This document shows, piece by piece, positions 37,260 through 42,404 of a DNA stretch of 42,404 nt; position 1 is the stretch's first letter; every line of letters begins with the position of its first letter. The stretch is from a virus. Taxonomy: Duplodnaviria; Caudoviricetes. The translations under genes and the position numbers were made by a program. The stretch spans positions 1-42,404 of the IMG/VR virus record IMGVR_UViG_3300032312_001204. The stretch is one strand, 5' to 3'. Below the pieces are notes generated by a model, which did not search any database, had not been told where the DNA came from, and saw nothing but the letters and a program-made list of their open reading frames with translations.

Positions 37260-37340
37260 GGGATGCTTCAGTCACTGGTGTGATAAGCGGTCTGTAAAAT
37301 CGTTCTGTAAGAAGGTGTGGTTCGATTCCACAGTATCCCA
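37260..37340 (+). tRNA. trnY: tRNA-Tyr(GTA)
   Basis: Cloverleaf, loop CT-GTA-AA, extended variable arm. Confidence 0.85.
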
Positions 37341-37345
37341 CAATT

Positions 37346-37418
37346 GGACCTTTGGTATAGCTGGTGCGTACGCTAGTCTGAAGAACTAGAGGAGTAGGTT
37401 CGATTCCTACAGGGTCCA
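37346..37418 (+). tRNA. trnF: tRNA-Phe(GAA)
   Basis: Cloverleaf, loop CT-GAA-GA. Confidence 0.9.
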
Positions 37419-37423
37419 CAAAA

Positions 37424-37495
37424 GGGTTTGTCGTATAAAGGCTATTACGGATGACTGTTAATCATCTTATGAAGGTTCGACTCCTTCCAGGCCCG
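37424..37495 (+). tRNA. trnN: tRNA-Asn(GTT)
   Basis: Cloverleaf, loop CT-GTT-AA. Confidence 0.9.
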
Positions 37496-37502
37496 CAAAA
37501 TT

Positions 37503-37574
37503 GCTCCTATAGTAGAATGGTTAGCACACATCTCTGATAAGGATGAAATGGAAGTTCAATTCTTCCTAGGAGTA
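37503..37574 (+). tRNA. trnI: tRNA-Ile(GAT)
   Basis: Cloverleaf, loop CT-GAT-AA. Confidence 0.88.
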
Positions 37575-37580
37575 CAAAAT

Positions 37581-37665
37581 GGAAAGTAAACTGACAAGGT
37601 GTTAGGATGCCCTGCTAAGGCAATCGCTCGATAAAACGGGTTCGTTTCGAGTACGATGCTTTCCT
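37581..37665 (+). tRNA. trnS: tRNA-Ser(GCT)
   Basis: Loop CT-GCT-AA, long variable arm, GGAAAGT/GCTTTCC acceptor. Confidence 0.8.
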
Positions 37666-37670
37666 CAAAT

Positions 37671-37740
37671 ACTGACTTGATCAGGTGATCGAAAATATCT
37701 CATAAGTATTTTCAGAGTGGATCGTTACCACTAGTCGGTA
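37671..37740 (+). tRNA. trnM: tRNA(CAT), probably elongator Met, with atypical D- and T-loops
   Basis: AATAT-CTCATAA-GTATT arm; D-arm GATC-AGGT-GATC; T-arm AGTGG-ATCGTTA-CCACT. Confidence 0.65.
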
Positions 37741-37746
37741 CTATAT

Positions 37747-37818
37747 GGTGGTTCTAGCTTAATTGGTAAAGCGCTTCACTGTGAATGAAGAGAACAGGGT
37801 TCGAAACCCGGTATCACC
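37747..37818 (+). tRNA. trnH: tRNA-His(GTG)
   Basis: Loop CT-GTG-AA; G-1/C73 pattern. Confidence 0.85.
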
Positions 37819-37825
37819 CAAACAC

Positions 37826-37898
37826 ATCCCTGTGGTGAAATGGTAAACACAACGAGTTTAAGCCTCGTAAGCTGCTGGTTCGACTCCAGTCAGGGATA
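37826..37898 (+). tRNA. trnL: tRNA-Leu(TAA), short variable loop
   Basis: ACGAG-TTTAAGC-CTCGT arm; only about 5 nt before the T-arm. Confidence 0.85.
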
Positions 37899-37903
37899 CA
37901 ATT

Positions 37904-37975
37904 GGTCTTATAGTTTAATTGGAAAAACTCATCACTACGAACGATAAGATCCAGGTTCGATTCCTGGTAAGACCT
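37904..37975 (+). tRNA. trnR: tRNA-Arg(ACG)
   Basis: Loop CT-ACG-AA; anticodon stem has mismatches. Confidence 0.8.
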
Positions 37976-37980
37976 CAACT

Positions 37981-38052
37981 GCCCTATTAGTTAAACGGAT
38001 ATAACAAATCTCTTCTAAAGATTAATTCTAGGTTCGATTCCTGGATGGGGTA
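37981..38052 (+). tRNA. trnR: tRNA-Arg(TCT)
   Basis: Cloverleaf, loop CT-TCT-AA. Confidence 0.9.
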
Positions 38053-38062
38053 CAAAAAAATC

Positions 38063-38135
38063 GCTGATGTCCTCATATGTTCGACATTAAAGGTACACAA
38101 TGATATCAGTACTGTAGGTTAAGCAATGTCCTACA
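38063..38135 (+). ncRNA. Structured spacer / small RNA candidate
   Basis: GCTGATGTC/GATATCAGT stem enclosing ATG-TTCGA-CAT; TGTAGG/CCTACA hairpin. Confidence 0.35.
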
Positions 38136-38138
38136 AAT

Positions 38139-38209
38139 GCGTCAGTGGTGCAATGGTAGCATACCGGTCTCCAAAACCGACGATGAGGGTTCGACTCCCT
38201 CCTGACGTG
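38139..38209 (+). tRNA. trnW: tRNA-Trp(CCA)
   Basis: Cloverleaf, loop CT-CCA-AA. Confidence 0.92.
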
Positions 38210-38241
38210 CAAATAGATTGTTTCATTAAAAAATAAAAATC

Positions 38242-38748
38242 ATGAGTAAGTATCAAAAAGCACTAGTAGTGGATGCAAGCTTTACAGCAAGATCAGTTAT
38301 AAGTACCGAACGAGCGTTCGTGATTTTTTATAAAGGTAATGCTGAAGTAATAGCAGAGCATCCAGAAACATTTAGTTTAATTAATCCTGAACTAACCATT
38401 TACAAACCTTCTATTATTAGAGTGGCCAAGTATGTAAAACATAACATTCAAAAAGTACCTCTAACAAGAGAAAACGTTTACAGAAGAGATAATTACGAAT
38501 GTGTTTATTGCGGAAGTTCAAATCAAAGAACACTAACACTAGACCACGTAATGCCTCAATCTAAAGGAGGTAAAGACACTTGGGATAATTTAGTAACAGC
38601 CTGCAGACCATGTAACCATGAAAAAGCAGATTTAACATTAGAGGAATATGGTAAGGAAATCCCAGAACCAAAAAGACCTCACTATTTAATGTTGATGAGA
38701 AGTATGAGTTACATACCAGCAGAATGGGAAAAGTTTTTATTTTTCTAG
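38242..38748 (+). CDS. HNH endonuclease
   Basis: RRDNYECVYCG...TLDHVMPQSKGG..TWDNLVTACRPCN..K. Confidence 0.92.
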   Translation: MSKYQKALVVDASFTARSVISTERAFVIFYKGNAEVIAEHPETFSLINPELTIYKPSIIRVAKYVKHNIQKVPLTRENVYRRDNYECVYCGSSNQRTLTLDHVMPQSKGGKDTWDNLVTACRPCNHEKADLTLEEYGKEIPEPKRPHYLMLMRSMSYIPAEWEKFLFF

Positions 38749-38800
38749 CAAAAAAGTTTGGATATTAAAAATATAGTTCGTATATTTAAGTATAATAAAA

Positions 38801-38859
38801 AGAGGTAGGTATAGGCATAAGTGCATGCAAAACCACAACTAAGATCCTAACTTACCTCT
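38801..38859 (+). ncRNA. Long hairpin RNA candidate at a transcript start
   Basis: AGAGGTAGGT-A-TAGG / CCTAACTTACCTCT stem with a large loop. Confidence 0.4.
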
Positions 38860-38864
38860 AAATT

Positions 38865-38936
38865 GGTCCTCAGGCTGATGGTTAAGCTCCACGTCTGCAA
38901 AACGTAGGATTCAGAGTTCGATTCTCTGGAGGACCT
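38865..38936 (+). tRNA. trnC: tRNA-Cys(GCA)
   Basis: Cloverleaf, loop CT-GCA-AA, U73. Confidence 0.88.
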
Positions 38937-39000
38937 CAAAAAATAAATTAAAAAAAGCTTGGATATTAGAAATATAGTTTGTATATTTAAGTATAAGAAA

Positions 39001-39098
39001 GCATTTAAGGTTCGACCCTCTACCAAATGTGTTACACCCACAGATGGACATCGAGAGGGAGCTACCGATTGATAAGTGACCGCACACGCGGTAAATGC
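39001..39098 (+). ncRNA. Structured non-tRNA RNA candidate
   Basis: GCATTTA/TAAATGC, CCCTCT/AGAGGG and ACCGC/GCGGT stems; GTTCGAC motif. Confidence 0.45.
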
Positions 39099-39170
39099 CT
39101 AGGTGGTGGAATTGGAATACACGGCGGCCTTAGAACCCGTCTATTGAGAGTTCGAGTCTCTCCTTAGGTA
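39097..39170 (+). tRNA. trnL: tRNA-Leu(TAG), short variable loop
   Basis: Loop CT-TAG-AA; Leu-type D-loop; about 5-nt variable region. Confidence 0.85.
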
Positions 39171-39172
39171 CA

Positions 39173-39242
39173 AATTAGAGTTAGCTTATAGTAAAGCAGC
39201 AGGGGCTAACCTGCAGAACGGATACGAAAACCGGCTCTAATT
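39173..39242 (+). ncRNA. tRNA-like RNA with a 6-nt anticodon loop and degenerate T-arm
   Basis: AATTAGAGT/GCTCTAATT acceptor, GCTT/AAGC D-stem, GCAGG-GGCTAA-CCTGC. Confidence 0.55.
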
Positions 39243-39246
39243 ATCT

Positions 39247-39320
39247 GCTCCCGACGCACAAATGGTGGTGCACCGGATTTGTAACCCGGAATAGAGCCAG
39301 TTCGATCCTGGCCGGGAGCT
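39247..39320 (+). tRNA. trnT: tRNA-Thr(TGT)
   Basis: Cloverleaf, loop TT-TGT-AA. Confidence 0.85.
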
Positions 39321-39322
39321 CA

Positions 39323-39483
39323 GCAGTTATCTGAACTAGCACTAGGACGATAACTACCAACGGAGGAAGCTAGTCTCACGGTTGGTCCTGTAGGTTGTGG
39401 TCTCCCGTAAATCCACATAAAGAGACTCCTACCAGGTAAAGTAGGTGGATGGCACGTTTCAATAGCCTAAGCTTTACCAAACT
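39323..39483 (+). ncRNA. About 160-nt four-hairpin RNA candidate with possible loop-loop pairings
   Basis: AGTTATC/GATAACT, ACCAAC/GTTGGT, CCTGTAGG/CCTACCAGG, GGTAAAG/CTTTACC; loop complement ACTAGC/GCTAGT. Confidence 0.55.
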
Positions 39484-39555
39484 GCGACTATCGTATAATG
39501 GTCATTACTTTAGACTTCCAATCTAAAGATGAGAGTTCGATTCTCTCTAGTCGCT
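39484..39555 (+). tRNA. trnG: tRNA-Gly(TCC)
   Basis: Cloverleaf, loop CT-TCC-AA. Confidence 0.92.
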
Positions 39556-39606
39556 CAAGGGTGTGTGGGAACCCAAGAATATGTGATGAGCATATACCCA
39601 CAATCT

Positions 39607-39678
39607 GCTGCGTTAGTGAAGGGGTTAACACGTATCACTTTCTATGATAAGGCACGGGTTCGAATCCCGTACGCAGTA
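39607..39678 (+). tRNA. trnE: tRNA-Glu(TTC)
   Basis: Cloverleaf, loop CT-TTC-TA. Confidence 0.9.
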
Positions 39679-39684
39679 CAATAA

Positions 39685-39756
39685 GGGGCTATAGTGAAAT
39701 TGGCATCACGATAGATTTGCATTCTGTTATTCTGGGTTCGAATCCCGGTAGCTCCA
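39685..39756 (+). tRNA. trnA: tRNA-Ala(TGC)
   Basis: Cloverleaf, loop TT-TGC-AT, G3:U70 pair. Confidence 0.92.
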
Positions 39757-39762
39757 CAATAA

Positions 39763-39834
39763 GGTCTATTCGTTCAACGGCTAGGATACTACCCTGTCAC
39801 GGTAGGGATGAGAGTTCGATTCTCTCATAGACCG
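39763..39834 (+). tRNA. trnD: tRNA-Asp(GTC)
   Basis: Cloverleaf, loop CT-GTC-AC, G73. Confidence 0.92.
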
Positions 39835-39843
39835 CTTATAAAT

Positions 39844-39913
39844 TGCGTTAAAGTGTAAAGGTTGCATCCTGGTCTCATAAGCCAGGGGGGTGGTTCGAGT
39901 CCACGCTACGCTA
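39844..39913 (+). tRNA. trnM: tRNA(CAT), initiator-like (1:72 mismatch), weak acceptor stem
   Basis: CTGGT-CTCATAA-GCCAG arm; TGCG start with T1:T72 mismatch. Confidence 0.65.
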
Positions 39914-39918
39914 CAAAG

Positions 39919-40017
39919 GACTAAATGGCGGTGTCAGGCACCCACTGCAGAGGGTACAAAGAAGAACCTGCTTTATATGCCTGCGAGATAGCATCTCGCC
40001 GGATAACACATTTAGTC
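39919..40017 (+). ncRNA. Structured non-tRNA RNA candidate (about 99 nt)
   Basis: GACTAAATG/CATTTAGTC, GTGT/ACAC, CAGGCA/TGCCTG, ACCC/GGGT, GCGAGAT/ATCTCGC. Confidence 0.55.
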
Positions 40018-40022
40018 TATTT

Positions 40023-40096
40023 GTCCTTTTAGCTCAGTTGGTTAGAGCAGCTCGCTCATAACGAGAAGGTCACAGGTTCGAGTCCTGTATAGGACA
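40023..40096 (+). tRNA. trnI: tRNA(CAT), probably Ile2 (lysidine-type)
   Basis: Canonical cloverleaf, loop CT-CAT-AA; body resembles bacterial Ile2 tRNAs; Met not excluded. Confidence 0.8.
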
Positions 40097-40120
40097 CAAA
40101 ATTTTATCCAATAATAATTG

Positions 40121-40161
40121 AAAGAGAGACTTGGCCCCCCAAGTCTCTTTTCGTATATTAC
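40121..40161 (+). terminator. Terminator of the tRNA array fused with a promoter for the next genes
   Basis: AGAGACTTGG/CCAAGTCTCT stem plus T-tract; CTTG-N20-TATATTAC. Confidence 0.75.
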
Positions 40162-40177
40162 ATTAAATAAAAAGATT

Positions 40178-40825
40178 ATGAAACTAGTATTAGAAAAAGG
40201 ACAACAATTGTTCTTCACATCAGACACACATTACTCACACTCGAACATTTGTAGTGCAACTACAAACTGGTCAGTGAATGATGGATACGCTCGTAAGTTT
40301 GATTCATTAGAAGATATGAACCAAAGACTAGTTGATAACATTAACAACATGGTAGGTGAAGATGACATCTTAATCCACTTAGGTGATTGGTCATTTGGAG
40401 GATTTGATAAAATTGAAGAATTCAGAAGTCAAATCAACTGTAAAAACATTCACTTGACATTTGGAAACCATGATCATCATATTGAAAGAAACAAAGAAGG
40501 CATTCAAAGATTATTTTCTTCAGTACAACAATACTTGAGACTAGAAGTAAGAAGACCAAATGGAAAACTGGTTGATAAATTTAGTTTCATTTGTATGCAC
40601 TATCCAATAGCGTCATGGCATGATATGAACCAAGGAGTAATTCACTTACATGGCCACGTTCATTTACCTTCACACCTACGAATAGCAGATGGTAAAGCAA
40701 TGGATGTAGGGGTAGATGGAAACGGTTTAGAGCCAATTTCAATGGACGAGGTACTTTTAATTATGAAAGATAGAGAAGTTAAAAAATTATCATTACCAAA
40801 GGATCATCACGAAAAAAGAATTTAA
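40178..40825 (+). CDS. Calcineurin-like metallophosphoesterase
   Basis: ATG 40178 lies downstream of the promoter; SDTH, HLGD, GNHD, HYP and HGHVH motifs. Confidence 0.9.
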   Translation: MKLVLEKGQQLFFTSDTHYSHSNICSATTNWSVNDGYARKFDSLEDMNQRLVDNINNMVGEDDILIHLGDWSFGGFDKIEEFRSQINCKNIHLTFGNHDHHIERNKEGIQRLFSSVQQYLRLEVRRPNGKLVDKFSFICMHYPIASWHDMNQGVIHLHGHVHLPSHLRIADGKAMDVGVDGNGLEPISMDEVLLIMKDREVKKLSLPKDHHEKRI

Positions 40826-40826
40826 T

Positions 40827-41225
40827 ATGAAAGAGTTATTTTTATTAAGAGGAGTTCCTGGAGCAGGTAAATCAACATTAGCAAAAATGTTAGTTGGTGA
40901 TGAAGATTATAACCATAAAGAAGCGGATATGTACTTTGTAGATAGAGTTGGGAATTATAATTTTAATCCATCCCAACTAAAAGATGCTCATAAATGGTGT
41001 CAGGATGAAATAGAGTTTTATATGAGATACGACCATTCACCTGTTGTGGTATCAAATACATTCACTCAGGAATGGGAAATGCAACCATACTTCGATCTAG
41101 CAGAAAAATACGGATACAGAGTTTATTCTTTGATTGTAGAAAATAGACATGGGGGAGTAAATGAGCATGGAGTACCAGAAGAAAAATTAGAACAAATGAA
41201 ACAACGTTTCGAAATTAAATTATAA
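40827..41225 (+). CDS. P-loop kinase (AAA_33 / polynucleotide-kinase-like)
   Basis: RGVPGAGKST, EAD.YF, VVSNTF, HGVP. Confidence 0.85.
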   Translation: MKELFLLRGVPGAGKSTLAKMLVGDEDYNHKEADMYFVDRVGNYNFNPSQLKDAHKWCQDEIEFYMRYDHSPVVVSNTFTQEWEMQPYFDLAEKYGYRVYSLIVENRHGGVNEHGVPEEKLEQMKQRFEIKL

Positions 41226-41228
41226 AAG

Positions 41229-42356
41229 ATGGAAAATCAAAATAGTATTTGCTTTGTAGCAACAATCAAAGAAGTAAAAGCAATCGAAGGCGCTGACAAC
41301 ATTGAACAAGTAGTTGTTGGAGGATGGAATGCTATCACTAAAAAAGGTGAATTTAAAGAAGGTGACCTAACAGTTATTGCAACTACTGATGCAGTAATTC
41401 CAGAAGCATTCTCTGAAAAAATGGGAGTTACTTCTTACCTAAGAAAAGGAGGTAGAGTAAGAACTGTAAAGTTAAGAGGTGTTTATTCTGAATGTTTAAT
41501 TATTCCAACCAAATACATTCCAGGATATGGAGACAGATACCAGGATGGAGATGACATGATGGCAAAACTTGGTATTGTGAAATACGAACCACCAGTTAAA
41601 CAAATTCAACTTGCTTCAGGTAGAAAGATTAAATGGAGAGACAATCAAAACTTTCATATCTACTACAAATTCCCAAACCTTAAAAACGTTGACGGAATGT
41701 TTACTGAAGAAGACTTAGTAGAAATTACTAGAAAGATTCATGGTACAAATGCTAGATATGGTATTGTAAGAAAATCTAAATTATCATTCTGGGATAAAGT
41801 AAAAAAATTCTTTAGACTTGCTGATAAATGGGTTGACTATGAATACATTTACGGATCACATAACTGTGAGAAAGGAAGTGACTCTCAAGGATTTTATTCA
41901 ACTGATGTTTGGAGAACAATAGCTGAAAAATATGGCATCAAAGAAAAACTTTGGGATTATATTAAAAGTGAAAATGCTGAAATAGGAGAAGGTATCATCT
42001 TATATGGAGAGATTTATGGAGCTGGTATTCAAAAGAACTATGAATATGGGTTAACAGATATTGAATTTGTAGGATTTGATGTAAAACTTAATGGCGAATA
42101 CTTAAACACATTCAGTGCTTGGAGTTTAATACAAAATGATTTAGAATTACCTTATGTAGAAATTTTACATTATGGGAATTGGTCACAAGAAATTCAAGAT
42201 AAATTTACATTCAATAACTTCATTGAAGGAACTAAAGTACCACATGAAGGAATTGTAATCAAATATCATACAGGTGATAGAAAGAAAGTAGCTAAAGTAA
42301 TCAATCCAGATTATTTGATCTACGGAGAGAAGAATGATGTAGGAGATTCTCATTAA
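41229..42356 (+). CDS. RNA ligase (DRB0094/Rnl2-like with an N-terminal OB-type domain)
   Basis: N-terminal I.GADNIE...V.GW...LRG..S; motif I KIHGTN; YGEIYG, GFDV, EGIVIK, KVIN..YL. Confidence 0.88.
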   Translation: MENQNSICFVATIKEVKAIEGADNIEQVVVGGWNAITKKGEFKEGDLTVIATTDAVIPEAFSEKMGVTSYLRKGGRVRTVKLRGVYSECLIIPTKYIPGYGDRYQDGDDMMAKLGIVKYEPPVKQIQLASGRKIKWRDNQNFHIYYKFPNLKNVDGMFTEEDLVEITRKIHGTNARYGIVRKSKLSFWDKVKKFFRLADKWVDYEYIYGSHNCEKGSDSQGFYSTDVWRTIAEKYGIKEKLWDYIKSENAEIGEGIILYGEIYGAGIQKNYEYGLTDIEFVGFDVKLNGEYLNTFSAWSLIQNDLELPYVEILHYGNWSQEIQDKFTFNNFIEGTKVPHEGIVIKYHTGDRKKVAKVINPDYLIYGEKNDVGDSH

Positions 42357-42370
42357 AAATAATTGATTAA

Positions 42371-42404
42371 AGGCTTGGTTCTCCAGGCCTTTTTTCATAT
42401 ATTA
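42371..42404 (+). terminator. Terminator fused with a promoter at the window end
   Basis: AGGCTTGG/CCAGGCCT stem plus T-tract; CTTG-N20-TATATTA. Confidence 0.7.

Larger units (their letters stand above)
38751..38996 (+). repeat. 45-bp direct repeat (38751-38795 and 38952-38996), each copy a -33/-7 promoter
   Basis: 42 of 45 bases identical; YTTG-N20-TATATTTA. Confidence 0.85.

Noticed and set aside
36821-37419. ORFs across the tRNA array (36821, 37159, 37165)
   Set aside because: Translations of tRNA genes
4882-38748. Amber (TAG) stop-codon reassignment
   Set aside because: Genes are full length in the standard code and TAG ends several genes cleanly (4884, 24418, 33364, 38748); no canonical suppressor tRNA was found
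39005-39030. preQ1-I riboswitch (GGTTCG..CCCTCT resemblance)
   Set aside because: P1 does not pair properly, there is no A-rich tail, and a tRNA rather than a que gene follows
39360-39480. RNase P RNA or HDV-like (theta) ribozyme
   Set aside because: GAGGAAG only loosely resembles GAGGAAAGUCC, the element is too short for RNase P, and a P3/L3/P1.1 core could not be fitted
39558-39602. Hammerhead ribozyme (TGATGAG)
   Set aside because: Lacks the leading C of CUGAUGA and the GAAA strand; explained as a simple spacer hairpin
4560-40227. All minus-strand ORFs in the track
   Set aside because: They lie antisense to well-supported genes, tRNAs or promoters and lack recognisable motifs

Overview
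A 42.4-kb, AT-rich segment of a large myovirus, with all genes on the + strand. The host is almost certainly Bacteroidota (Flavobacterium-like), judged from -33/-7 promoters, Gln-at-+1 signal peptides, a T9SS sorting domain and the absence of Shine-Dalgarno sites. Order of contents: (i) contractile tail module (SHAEG-repeat fibre, sheath, tube, chaperone pair with a probable +1/-2 frameshift, tape measure, baseplate, GH19 lysin); (ii) T4-style replication module with a short atypical family-A polymerase, SSB, RecA/UvsX, 5'-3' exonuclease, helicase and nrdBA; (iii) lysis cassette; (iv) a TGT/DpdA-like gene and queC, suggesting 7-deazaguanine DNA modification; (v) between those two genes, an unexpected cluster of exported proteins (nuclease, C-type lectin-dockerin, cohesin-dockerin, cohesin-T9SS CTD, two CsgG-like paralogues, outer-membrane beta-barrel) that looks like a phage-encoded cell-surface assembly system; (vi) 25 tRNAs forming a non-redundant set for all 20 amino acids, interleaved with several structured non-tRNA RNAs and an HNH gene; (vii) a phosphoesterase/kinase/RNA-ligase trio. 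All calls come from motif recognition by eye; no searches were run.
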